NCBI GenBank assembly: GCA_963749495.1
Contig: CAVVMW010000005.1
Span: 96,001-160,000 of the forward strand
Source of the DNA: an uncultured bacterium
GTDB taxonomy: Bacteria; Verrucomicrobiota; Verrucomicrobiia; Limisphaerales; UBA8199
Direction: 5' to 3'
Length of the DNA stretch: 64,000 nt
Part shown: positions 9,609 through 19,474 of the stretch, in pieces
Layout of the letters: each line of letters begins with the position of its first letter
How positions within the stretch are numbered: the stretch's first letter is position 1
Notes under the pieces: generated by a model
Seen by the model: the letters and a program-made list of their open reading frames with translations, nothing else
Database searches by the model: none
What the model was told of the DNA's origin: nothing
Program-made: the position numbers and the translations under genes

Positions 9609-12455
9609 ATGGTGAAGAAGAAGTTGTTCTTGTTGGACGGGATGGCTTTGGTTTACCGGGCGCACTTTGCGCTGATCCGCCGTCCGATTTTCACCTCGAG
9701 CGGGGTCAACACGTCCGCGCTGTTCGGGTTTACGCAGACGCTGCTGGACATCCTGAAGAACCAGGAGCCGACGCACCTGGCAGTGGCATTCGACACGGAG
9801 GCGCCGACGTTGCGGCACGAGGTCTATCCCGATTACAAGGCGACCCGCCAGGTGATGCCCGAGGACCTGGTCCAGGCCCTGCCGCACGTGCGGCGGATGG
9901 TGCAGGCCTTCCGCGTCCCGGCCCTGGCTTGTGACGGCTTCGAGGCGGACGACCTCATCGGCACGCTGGTCCGCCGGGCCCAGAAGGAGGGATATGTCTC
10001 CTACATGGTGACGGCGGACAAGGACTTCGGCCAACTGGTGGATGCCAACACGTTCCTCTACAAACCCGCGCGCCAGGGCGACGCCGTCGAGGTGCTGGGC
10101 GTGGCCGAGATTCAGAAGCGCTGGGGCGTGGACCGGCCCGAGCAGGTGGTCAATGTGCTGGCCCTGATGGGGGATGCCACCGACAATATCCCCGGGGTGC
10201 CGGGCATCGGCGAAAAGACGGCCATGAAACTGGTCGCCCAGTTTGGCAGCGTCGAGAACCTCCTGGCGCACACGGGCGAATTGGCCGACCGGCTCAAGGC
10301 GAGCCTCGAGGCGCACCGCGACCAGGCGCTGTTGTCCAAGCGGCTGGCGACCATTGTCTGCGACGCGCCGTGCCCTGTGGAGCTGGAGTCGCTGCGGGTG
10401 CAGTCGTGCAACGAGGCGATGCTCAGGGGATTGCTGGTGGAATTCGAGTTCAACTCGCTCGGGCGGCGCCTCTTCGGCGAGGATTTCAAGGCCGGGCACG
10501 GCTTCAAGGCCCGGCCGGCCGCGCCCGCGGCTGCCGCGCCTGCCCGCCCCGCAAGGCCGGCTCAGGAAGACCTGATCCTGGTCGCCGAGGGCCCGGGGCC
10601 TGCCGCGCAGCCCCAGCCCGCGCCTGCGGCGGCGCCGGACCTCAAGACCATCACCGACGTTCCCCATGAGTACCACCTGGCGGACTCGCCGGCCCAGAGG
10701 ACTGAATTGGTCCGGGCGCTTGAGCAGCAGGGTTCGTTCTGCCTGGATACTGAGACGACGGGCCTGGACCCCAAGGAGGCGCGCCTGGTCGGGCTTGCCT
10801 TCTCGTTCGCCCCCCACACCGGGTATTATGTGCCGATACCGCAAGAGCCTGCCCTGGCGGCGCCCATCCTCCAGGAGTTCAGGCCGGCACTGGAGGCCGA
10901 ACGGATCGAGAAGGTCGGCCACAACCTCAAGTTCGACCTGGCCGTGCTCAAGTGGCACGGCCTGGAGGTGCGGGGCAAGCTTTTCGACACCATGGTCGCG
11001 CACAGCCTCATCGAGCCCGAGCAGCGGCACGGGATGGATTATCTCTCGGAGGCCTACCTGGGCTACACCCCGATCCCCATCACCCGGCTCATCGGCGCCA
11101 ACGAGGCTGCGCAAATCAACATGGCCCAGGTGCCGGTGGGCAAGGCCGCCGAATACTCGGCCGAGGATGCCGACGTGACGCTCCAACTCCGGGCCGTGCT
11201 GGAGCCGTTGCTCAAGGAAAAGGGCCAGCAACGGGTCTTTTATGAGATCGAGTCACCGCTGATCCCCGTGCTGGTGGACATGGAATACGAGGGGATCCGC
11301 GTGGCGGCGGCGGCGCTGGATGAGATCGCCCTCCAGTTGGCCAAGGAGATCGATGAGCAGGAACGCGCCATCTGCCGCCTGGCCGGCACCCCGTTCAACC
11401 TGAACTCACCCAAACAGTTGGGCCAGATCCTCTTCGACATCATGAAGATCTGCCCTCCGCCCAGGAAGACCCGGACCGGCCAGTATGCCACCGACGAGCA
11501 AACCCTGGCGGCGCTGGCGCCCGACCACGAAATCGTCCGCCGTCTGCTCGAACACCGCGCCGCTTCAAAGCTCAAATCCACGTATGCGGAGGCCTTGCCG
11601 GCGGCCATCTGGCCGGGGACTCGCCGCGTCCACACCACCTTTTACCAGGTCGCCACGGCCACCGGCCGGCTCAACTCGCAGAATCCGAACCTCCAGAATA
11701 TCCCCATCCGCACCGAGCGCGGGCAGGAAATCCGCAAGGCCTTCGTCCCGCGCCAGGCGGGCTACAGCCTGCTCTCGGCTGATTACTCGCAGATCGAGCT
11801 GCGCATCATCGCCGCCCTGGCCCGCGAGCCCGGCCTGCTGGAGGCCTTCCGCACCGGCGCCGATGTCCACACCGCCACCGCCGCCCGAATCTTCGGCCTG
11901 CCGCCGGACCTGGTCACCCCGGAGATGCGGCGCAAGGCCAAGATGGTCAATTACGGCATCGCCTACGGCATCTCCGCCTTTGGCCTGGCCCAGCGCCTGG
12001 GCATCGCCCGCGCCGAGGCCGCCGACGTCATCAACCACTACTTCCACCAGTTCCCCGGCATCCGCCGTTACATGGACGACACGGTCGCTTTCGCCCGCCG
12101 CCAGGGCTATGTCGAGACCGTAGCCGGCCGGCGCCGCTACATCCGCGACATCCGTTCGCTCAACAACACGGTTCGCGCCTCCGCCGAACGCAACGCCATC
12201 AACGCCCCCATCCAAGGCACCGCCGCCGACATGATCAAGCTGGCGATGATCCACATCCACCGTGAACTGGAGCGGCGCCGGCTCAAGACCCGCATGGTCC
12301 TCCAGGTCCACGACAAACTGGTCTTCGACCTCTTCGACCCTGAGGAGGAGCAGGTCCGCAGCCTGGTCGAGCAGCACATGACAAGCGCCATCGCCCTGGA
12401 TGTCCCCATCGTGGTCGAAATCGGCGTGGGCCAAAACTGGCTCGAGGCCCACTGA
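9609..12455 (+). CDS. polA: DNA polymerase I
   Basis: 5'-3' exo (LLDGMALVYRAHFA, EADD), 3'-5' exo DTET, motif A DYSQIELR, motif B KMVNYGIAYG, motif C VHDKL. Confidence 0.97.
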   Translation: MVKKKLFLLDGMALVYRAHFALIRRPIFTSSGVNTSALFGFTQTLLDILKNQEPTHLAVAFDTEAPTLRHEVYPDYKATRQVMPEDLVQALPHVRRMVQAFRVPALACDGFEADDLIGTLVRRAQKEGYVSYMVTADKDFGQLVDANTFLYKPARQGDAVEVLGVAEIQKRWGVDRPEQVVNVLALMGDATDNIPGVPGIGEKTAMKLVAQFGSVENLLAHTGELADRLKASLEAHRDQALLSKRLATIVCDAPCPVELESLRVQSCNEAMLRGLLVEFEFNSLGRRLFGEDFKAGHGFKARPAAPAAAAPARPARPAQEDLILVAEGPGPAAQPQPAPAAAPDLKTITDVPHEYHLADSPAQRTELVRALEQQGSFCLDTETTGLDPKEARLVGLAFSFAPHTGYYVPIPQEPALAAPILQEFRPALEAERIEKVGHNLKFDLAVLKWHGLEVRGKLFDTMVAHSLIEPEQRHGMDYLSEAYLGYTPIPITRLIGANEAAQINMAQVPVGKAAEYSAEDADVTLQLRAVLEPLLKEKGQQRVFYEIESPLIPVLVDMEYEGIRVAAAALDEIALQLAKEIDEQERAICRLAGTPFNLNSPKQLGQILFDIMKICPPPRKTRTGQYATDEQTLAALAPDHEIVRRLLEHRAASKLKSTYAEALPAAIWPGTRRVHTTFYQVATATGRLNSQNPNLQNIPIRTERGQEIRKAFVPRQAGYSLLSADYSQIELRIIAALAREPGLLEAFRTGADVHTATAARIFGLPPDLVTPEMRRKAKMVNYGIAYGISAFGLAQRLGIARAEAADVINHYFHQFPGIRRYMDDTVAFARRQGYVETVAGRRRYIRDIRSLNNTVRASAERNAINAPIQGTAADMIKLAMIHIHRELERRRLKTRMVLQVHDKLVFDLFDPEEEQVRSLVEQHMTSAIALDVPIVVEIGVGQNWLEAH

Positions 12456-12484
12456 GGCCCGCCCGCAGAACACGCGGAAGGACA

Positions 12485-12672
12485 GCAAAATCATTGTTGG
12501 CAGAATCATTAAGAAAAAAATTCTTTTTATGATTCTGCCAGAAATGATTTTGCCTCCTTCCGGAAGAATGATTTTGGGACCAAGGCGAGGAAGGAGGACA
12601 GAATCCATTGTTGACAGAATCATTCGGAAGGAAATCATCTGTAATGATTTTGCCAAAAATGATTCTGTTGCC
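12485..12672. repeat. AT-rich degenerate inverted/tandem repeat (AGAATCAT / ATGATTYTGCC units)
   Basis: Several AAATCATT/AGAATCATT and ATGATTCTGCC/ATGATTTTGCC units in alternating orientation. Confidence 0.75.
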
Positions 12673-13957
12673 TTCCAGAAAACAACTGATTCTGCTCGTG
12701 GCCGGGCTGGCGGTTTTGCTCGCCGCCTGCGTGGCGGGCGCCGCCTCGAATCCCGACACAATCTCCGTCCGTGATTTCGGGGCAAAAGGAGACGCTCAGA
12801 CAGACGACACGGAGGCCTTCCAGAAGGCGCTCGATGCCGCCGGCACTGCGGGCGGCGGGGTCGTCTATGCCCCGCGCGGCAACTACTTCTTCGCCGGCCA
12901 TCTCAGCGTGCCGCGCGCAGTGGCCTTGAAGGGCGTCTGGGAATCGGTGCCCGCGCACAACGGGGTGCGCGACGCCGGCCTGCCCAAGCCGACCGACAAC
13001 GGAACTACCTTCCTGGCCACTGAGAATGCGGGCAAGGAGGAGGGCCCGCCCTTCATTACGTTGAACCACAACTCGACGCTCAAGGGCGTGGTCATTTATT
13101 ACCCCGGCCAGGACCCCGCCGAGGAACCCAAGCCCTATCCGTGGGCCATCGCCATGCGCGGCAAGAATCCCGCCGTGCTCGCCGTCGAGTTGCTCAACCC
13201 GTACAACGGCATCGACGCCACGCGCAACGAGCGGCACCTCATCCGGGACGTGCAGGGCCAGCCCTTGCGGCGCGGCATCCTCGTGGATGCCATCTACGAC
13301 GTCGGCCGGATCGAGGACGTCCACTTCAATCCCTGGTGGAGCAACAGGCCCCGCCTCCTCAAGTGGCAGCAAGAGCATGGAGAGGCCTTTCTCTTCGGCC
13401 GCACCGACTGGCAGTACGTCTTCAACACCTTCTGCTTCGGTTACAACGTCGGCTACAAGTTCATCCAGACCCGCGCCGGCGTCTGCAACGGCAATTTCCT
13501 GGGCCTCGGGGCTGATGACTGTTTCACCGCGCTGGTGGTGGAGAACTGCGCCCCCTTCGGCCTGCTCATCTCCAACGGCGAGTTTGTCTCCTTTCACGGC
13601 CCGGACCCCACGATGGTGCGCGTGGAGGCCTCCAACTCGGGCAGCGTGCGCCTGGTCAACTGCGCCTTCTGGGGGCCGTGCAATCAGATCGCCCGCATCT
13701 CCGGGCGCGGCACCGTCGGCTTCAGCGATTGCACCTTCGTCCAATGGGACCACAAGAACGAGGGGCGCCACGCCTTGCAGGCCGACGGCGGAAGCCTCCT
13801 CGTCCGCGGGTGCGAATTCCGGGAAAACAAGCCCCAGATCGAACTGGGCGAATCGGTCCAGCGCGCGGTCATCTCCGACAACCTCTACCCCGCCAAGCCG
13901 CGCATCACCAACCGCAGCCAGACGGGAGCGCAGGGTGATCCGGCGAATCATAATTAG
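12659..13957 (+). CDS. Pectate-lyase-3/GH28-related beta-helix protein
   Basis: SVRDFGAKGD...DDTEAFQKAL...VYAPRGNY; signal peptide; start uncertain. Confidence 0.8.
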   Translation: MILLPSRKQLILLVAGLAVLLAACVAGAASNPDTISVRDFGAKGDAQTDDTEAFQKALDAAGTAGGGVVYAPRGNYFFAGHLSVPRAVALKGVWESVPAHNGVRDAGLPKPTDNGTTFLATENAGKEEGPPFITLNHNSTLKGVVIYYPGQDPAEEPKPYPWAIAMRGKNPAVLAVELLNPYNGIDATRNERHLIRDVQGQPLRRGILVDAIYDVGRIEDVHFNPWWSNRPRLLKWQQEHGEAFLFGRTDWQYVFNTFCFGYNVGYKFIQTRAGVCNGNFLGLGADDCFTALVVENCAPFGLLISNGEFVSFHGPDPTMVRVEASNSGSVRLVNCAFWGPCNQIARISGRGTVGFSDCTFVQWDHKNEGRHALQADGGSLLVRGCEFRENKPQIELGESVQRAVISDNLYPAKPRITNRSQTGAQGDPANHN

Positions 13958-14051
13958 CGCGAGGCTCATGAGTGCCCAGAACTGCAGCCTTGCGGCTGCC
14001 CTCAATTTTTCGTGCATCGCGCGCCGGGCGCGTGTAATCATGGCGCCCGGT

Positions 14052-16188
14052 ATGAACGCGCATTTCATCAGACCTGCACCGGTGCTCGTGTTTTCCATGC
14101 TCTTGGCGGCCGGCTGCCTTGAAGCCCAGCCGCGGGATGCTCTTTCCCGTCCTGGCTCGCCCGAGCCCGGCCCGGCGTCTTTTTCGTGGCCACCAATGGC
14201 AACGACCAATGGACCGGCAGCCGGCCGGCCCGCGCCGGACGGGAGCGACGGCCCGTTTGCCACGTTGCCGCGGGCGCTCAAGGCCATGCGCGAGATCAAA
14301 CAGGCCCAGGGCGAGGCACTGAAACAGCCGCCGACCGTATTCGTGCGCGGCGGCCTCTATTGCCTGGCGGAGCCGGTGATTCTCACACCCGGGGATTCGG
14401 GGTCGGCCGTGGCGGCTTTTGCCGGCGAGGCGCCGGTGCTGAGCGGCGGCCGGTTGCTCGGCCCCTGGCGGGAGGCCTCGGTCGAGGGCAAGAGGCTGTG
14501 GACCGCCGATGTCCCCGCCGCGCGCGGCGGCAACTGGGTTTTCCGGGAACTGTGGGTCAATGGCCGGCGTGCTGTGCGCGCGCGCCATCCGAACAAGGGC
14601 TACCTGAGCGTCGTTGAATTGCCGGACAAGGCCGCCGACTGGACCAAGGGCCAGAGCCGGTTCCGTTTTCACGAAGGCGACCTGAAAGAATGGAGCACGG
14701 CGACCAATGCCGAGGTCGTGGTCATGACCAAGTGGGCCGAGTCGCGGTTGCCGGTGCTGGGCGTGGACGAGCAAGAACGCCTGGTGCGTTTCGGCAAGCG
14801 GTCGGTCTTCGCGCTGGAGCCGGGCGATCTCTACTATGCCGAGGGCGCCCTGGATTTCCTGGATGCGCCCGGCGAATGGTGCCTGGACCCGGCCGCGGGC
14901 ACGGCTTATTACTGGCCGTTGCCGGGGGAGACACTCGACCGCGTCCAGGCCATTGCCCCGGTGCTGGCGCAGGTCCTTCGCCTCGAAGGCCGCCCGGAGA
15001 AGGGCGCCCGGATCGAAAACGTGGTCCTGCGGGGCCTGAGCTTCTCCCACACCGAGTGGTGCTTTGCCCAGGGGTTCCATACCGGCGAGCACGCCCCGCT
15101 CATCGACCCGGCGCCCGCCGCCGAGGTCGGCGGTTTCGGCCAGGCAGCCATTGGCGTGCCGGCCGCTGTGTATGGCCAGGGCGCGCGCCGGTGCCTCTTC
15201 CAGGACTGCCGGTTTTCCGATCTCGGCAACTATGGCCTGGAGTTGGGGCGCGGGTGCGACCACAACCGCATCTTCCATTGCGAATTCGCCGGCCTGGGCG
15301 CCGGGGGCCTGAAAATCGGCGAGACGGTCATCCGAGACAATCCCGCCGAGCAATCCGGCGCCAACGAAATCAGCCACTGCCACATCCACGACGGCGCCCT
15401 GATGTTCCACAGCGCCATCGGCATCTGGGTCGGCCAGTCGCCCAACAACCGCCTCACCCACAATCTCATCCACGACTTCTATTACACGGCCATCTCGATT
15501 GGCTGGACCTGGGGCTACGGCCCTGCCCTGGCCACCAATAGCCTGGTCGAGTTCAACCACGTCCACCATATCGGCGTCAAATCCGACGGTGACGGCCCCA
15601 TCCTCAGCGACATGGGCGGCATCTACACCCTTGGCAGGCAGCCCGGCGCCATCGTCCGCAACAACCTCTGGCACGACATGGCCGGCCTTCCGCTACGGCG
15701 GGTGGGGCATCTACTTCGACGAAGGCAGCAGCGGCATCCTCGCCGAGAGCAACATCGTCTATCGCACCACCCATGGCGGCTTTCACCAGCACTACGGCGA
15801 GACCAACCTGGTCCGCAACAACATCTTCGCCTTTGCCCGCGACCAGCAGATCCAGCGCTCCCGCCCCGAGGACCATCCCAGCTTCAGCTTCCAGACCAAC
15901 ATCGTCTATTTCGATTCCGGCAACCTGCTGGGTGGCACCTGGTCTAACGACCATTGTTCGATCGACTGGAATCTCTATTTCGACGCCCGGCCTGACGCCC
16001 GGCCCGAGGCCCTGCGCACCGGCCCCTGCACCTACCAGGAGTGGCGCGAACGAGGGCACGACGCTCATTCCCTCATCGCCGACCCCCTCTTCGTGGCCCC
16101 CAACCAATACGATTTCCGCCTCCAGCCCGGCTCCCCGGCCTCCAAGCTCGGCTTCCATCCGATCGACCTGACCGGCGTCGGACCGTAG
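14052..16188 (+). CDS. Right-handed beta-helix glycoside hydrolase-like protein (frameshifts ~14170-14240 and ~15688)
   Basis: FVATNGND, GPFATL, SIGWTWGY, LSDMGGIYTLG, GIYFDEGSS, ADPLFV spread across frames. Confidence 0.8.
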
Positions 16189-16631
16189 GGGCGGCTGCCA
16201 AAATCAGCGTGGGCGCTCCGATCTCAGACCTTTGTCGCAATCTTTGTCGCCGCCTTTGTCGAAGCATGGCCAGCCCGACAAAGGTTGCGACAAAGGTTGC
16301 GACCAAGGTCCCCGCTCGCGGTGTGCTTGGAACCGGCGCTGCGTGCATGGCCTTGTTGCGCCAAACAGTCTGATTCTGCCAGACGCCCTTTGGGTTCTTC
16401 GTTCCCTTCGTTTCCTTCTGTTCTTTTCCAGCGTCCCACCGGCTGGGCACAGCAACAGAACAGAAGGAAACGAAGGAAACGAAGATGCGGCCGGATGGGC
16501 GGCATCCTTGTGGTCCGTGCCAGTTCGTGATCGGATGACCCGAATTCTACTCCAACCCGGCCTCTTTGCAGAGATTGAATGGGACCGTGGATTTTGATTG
16601 CGGTCCAGCCGCGCCCAAGCAGACTTGGGGC

Positions 16632-17711
16632 ATGACATCACGGGTTTCTTTGCGAGGGTTCTCAGAGAGCGCACTGCCGCTGGCGCTGCTGGCCGGCGTG
16701 GCGCTGCTGGCGCATCCGCTCACGACGGCATCGCTGGCCCAGGAGTTTTCGCCCGAAGGTCTGGCGGCCTTGCGCGACTTTGAATCGCACCGGGTCACCT
16801 TGGCCGACCCCACCGGCGGCAACGATGATTTTCGCGTGCTCGAGCCGGGCCAGACGTTGGTGCTGGCCGACATCATAGGTCCCGGTTGCATCGTCCATTT
16901 CCGCGACAACATCACCAGCCATGAGCCGCACCATCTCCAGTACCATATCCTGCGCGCCTACTGGGACGGGGAGACCGACCCGAGCGTCGAGGCGCCCGTG
17001 GGAGATTTCTTCGGGGTCGGCTTCGGGTTCACCGAGAAATTCAGCTCGGCCCTGCTGTGCATCGACCAGCGGCCCGGCAAGCTGACCGACCCGGCGGCCT
17101 TTGGGGCGGCGCGCAACTGCTATATCCCAATGCCCTTCACGCGCTCGGGCCGCCTCACCCTCACCAACACCGGCAAACAGCCCAGCCAGCATTGGTTCGA
17201 GGTCAACTACCGCACCTATCGCAAGGCGCCTCCGGACCAGGCCTGCTTTCATGCCCAATACCGCAAGGCCGAGCCCCCGCCGGAGGGACCTTACACCATC
17301 CTCGAGGCCGTCGGGCGCGGCCACCTCCTGGGCTGCGTCCTGAGCGTGCAAAACAATGACGGCGGCTGGTGGGGCGAAGGCGACGAAATCGTCGATATCG
17401 ACGGCCGGCCCGCGATGCACGGGACCGGCTCGGAAGATTACTTTTGCGAGTCCTACGGCCTGCGCCCCGGCTGCTTCCCCTACTTCGGCGTCACCCTGTG
17501 CGAGGGGCCTTACACAACCGCCTATCAATGGCACATCCCGGACCCGGTCGTCTTCACCAAGTCGATCAAATTCCAGATCGAGCATGGCAACGGCAAACCA
17601 CCCTTCCGCAGCGGCAACTTCTACTACAGCGTCGCCTACTGGTACCAGACCGAGCCCCATGTCCCCTTTCCAAAAGCAACAAGACCAAACCCAGGCAACG
17701 GGTCCCGCTAA
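16632..17711 (+). CDS. DUF2961 (GH172-like) protein
   Basis: YWDGE.PSVEAPVGDFFG, WWGEGDE, GTGSEDYF, SVAYWYQTEPH. Confidence 0.85.
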   Translation: MTSRVSLRGFSESALPLALLAGVALLAHPLTTASLAQEFSPEGLAALRDFESHRVTLADPTGGNDDFRVLEPGQTLVLADIIGPGCIVHFRDNITSHEPHHLQYHILRAYWDGETDPSVEAPVGDFFGVGFGFTEKFSSALLCIDQRPGKLTDPAAFGAARNCYIPMPFTRSGRLTLTNTGKQPSQHWFEVNYRTYRKAPPDQACFHAQYRKAEPPPEGPYTILEAVGRGHLLGCVLSVQNNDGGWWGEGDEIVDIDGRPAMHGTGSEDYFCESYGLRPGCFPYFGVTLCEGPYTTAYQWHIPDPVVFTKSIKFQIEHGNGKPPFRSGNFYYSVAYWYQTEPHVPFPKATRPNPGNGSR

Positions 17712-18011
17712 GATCCCCCTCTGCTCATCGGATGCGGAGAGGTAGGAGCGGACCCCTCACCCCGGCCCTCTCCCCGGCAGACGGGGAGAGGGAGGAACGA
17801 CGGCCGACGTTCCGATGACGACGCGCGCACAGAGTGCTGCGCCGACGTTCCGACCTATCCCGAGTCGCCGCAGCCTCTCCCTCTCCCCTTCGGAAGGGGA
17901 GAGGGCCGGGGTGAGGGGTCAGCGGCGGGGACTCGCATTGTTCACTGACCGCTCACGCTCTCCCCACTTTCGTTCTTGCGTTGCACACACAATCAGTTTC
18001 TCTTTTGCGCC

Positions 18012-18548
18012 ATGAACCCCATCGCCCGGGCCCGCCAATTGCGCAAGAAGCGGACCTGGGCCGAGAAGGCTCTCTGGCGGCGGCTGCGGGATCGCCATTT
18101 CTCAGGCTACAAGTTCCGGCGCCAACATCCCGTCGGAGAGTACTTCCTCGATTTCTATTGCGCCGAAGCGAAGCTCGCGCTGGAGACCGACGGCTTTGGC
18201 CACGGTTTCCCAGCCCAACAGCAGCATGACGCCAGGCGGGACAGCTTTCTGCGCTCACAGGGGATTCTGGTGAAACGCATTTGGAACTGGCAATTGCGCC
18301 GTGAATTGGAATGGGTGCGTTTCAACTTATGGGGGCTGCTCCAGGCACGGGCTCCGCATCCAGGCAACGTCCCTCCTGCCCGGCGGACCCCTCACCCCGG
18401 CCCTCTCCCCGGCAGACGGGGAGAGGGAGGAACGACGGCCGACGTTCCGATGACGACGCGCGCACAGAGTGCTGCGCCGACCTCCGACCTATCCCGAGTC
18501 GCCGCAGCCTCTCCCTCTCCCCTTCGGAAGGGGAGAGGGCCGGGGTGA
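18012..18548 (+). CDS. DUF559 (Vsr-like PD-(D/E)XK) endonuclease, copy 1
   Basis: ARQLRK.RT.AE..LW..LR, KFRRQHP, DFYC, ETDGFGH, D..RD..L. The C-terminus reads into the repeat. Confidence 0.9.
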   Translation: MNPIARARQLRKKRTWAEKALWRRLRDRHFSGYKFRRQHPVGEYFLDFYCAEAKLALETDGFGHGFPAQQQHDARRDSFLRSQGILVKRIWNWQLRRELEWVRFNLWGLLQARAPHPGNVPPARRTPHPGPLPGRRGEGGTTADVPMTTRAQSAAPTSDLSRVAAASPSPLRKGRGPG

Positions 18549-18645
18549 GGGGTCAGCGGCGGGGACTCGCATTCTTCACTGACCGCTCACGCTCTCCCCA
18601 CTTTCGTTCTTGCGTTGCACACACAATCAGTTTCTCTTTTGCGCC

Positions 18646-19182
18646 ATGAACCCCATCGCCCGGGCCCGCCAATTGCGCAAGAAGCGGACCTGGGCCGAGA
18701 AGGCTCTCTGGCGGCGGCTGCGGGATCGCCATTTCTCAGGCTACAAGTTCCGGCGCCAACATCCCGTCGGAGAGTACTTCCTCGATTTCTATTGCGCCGA
18801 AGCGAAGCTCGCGCTGGAGACCGACGGCTTTGGCGACGGTTTCCCAGCCCAACAGCAGCATGACGCCAGGCGGGACAGCTTTCTGCGCTCACAGGGGATT
18901 CTGGTGAAACGCATTTGGAACTGGCAATTGCGCCGTGAATTGGAATGGGTGCGTTTCAACTTATGGGGGCTGCTCCAGGCACGGGCTCCGCATCCAGGCA
19001 ACGTCCCTCCTGCCCGGCGGACCCCTCACCCCGGCCCTCTCCCCGGCAGACGGGGAGAGGGAGGAACGACGGCCGACGTTCCGATGACGACGCGCACACA
19101 GAGTGCTGCGCCGACCTCCGACCTATCCCGAGTCGCCGCAGCCTCTCCCTCTCCCCTTCGGAAGGGGAGAGGGCCGGGGTGA
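18646..19182 (+). CDS. DUF559 endonuclease, copy 2 (conserved His replaced by Asp)
   Basis: Near-identical to copy 1, with ETDGFGD instead of ETDGFGH. Confidence 0.85.
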   Translation: MNPIARARQLRKKRTWAEKALWRRLRDRHFSGYKFRRQHPVGEYFLDFYCAEAKLALETDGFGDGFPAQQQHDARRDSFLRSQGILVKRIWNWQLRRELEWVRFNLWGLLQARAPHPGNVPPARRTPHPGPLPGRRGEGGTTADVPMTTRTQSAAPTSDLSRVAAASPSPLRKGRGPG

Positions 19183-19474
19183 GGGGTCAGCGGCGAGCGA
19201 TCACCATGAACGGCCAGAATATGAAGCCTGAGGCGCCAATTCGCCTCGAAGGCGCGACGGGGGCCTGGGTGCAGAAGCCCAGGCGGGCGGAATGGCTGGC
19301 GGCGATGGTCATGCTGCTGGCAAGACTTGCCGCTTGACACTCGCGTCGTCGTCCGGCAGCATGGGCCAGAATGAGCGAGTTGCAGAACCAGTTCTCCCTC
19401 ACCCGCGCAGCTTCAAGAAACCAGCGGCACGTCAATAAACAAATTCCTATCAGACCTCATGCCCCATACGCCCC

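Larger units (their letters stand above)
17748..19195. repeat. Three ~180 bp palindromic elements (17748-17927, 18383-18561, 19017-19195) forming a ~634 bp tandem duplication
   Basis: ACCCCTCACCCCGGCCCTCTCCCC...GGGGAGAGGGCCGGGGTGAGGGGT, near-identical three times. Confidence 0.95.

Noticed and set aside
17748..19195. CRISPR-like array
   Set aside because: The intervening sequences are near-identical gene copies, the repeats are ~180 bp, and there are no cas genes.
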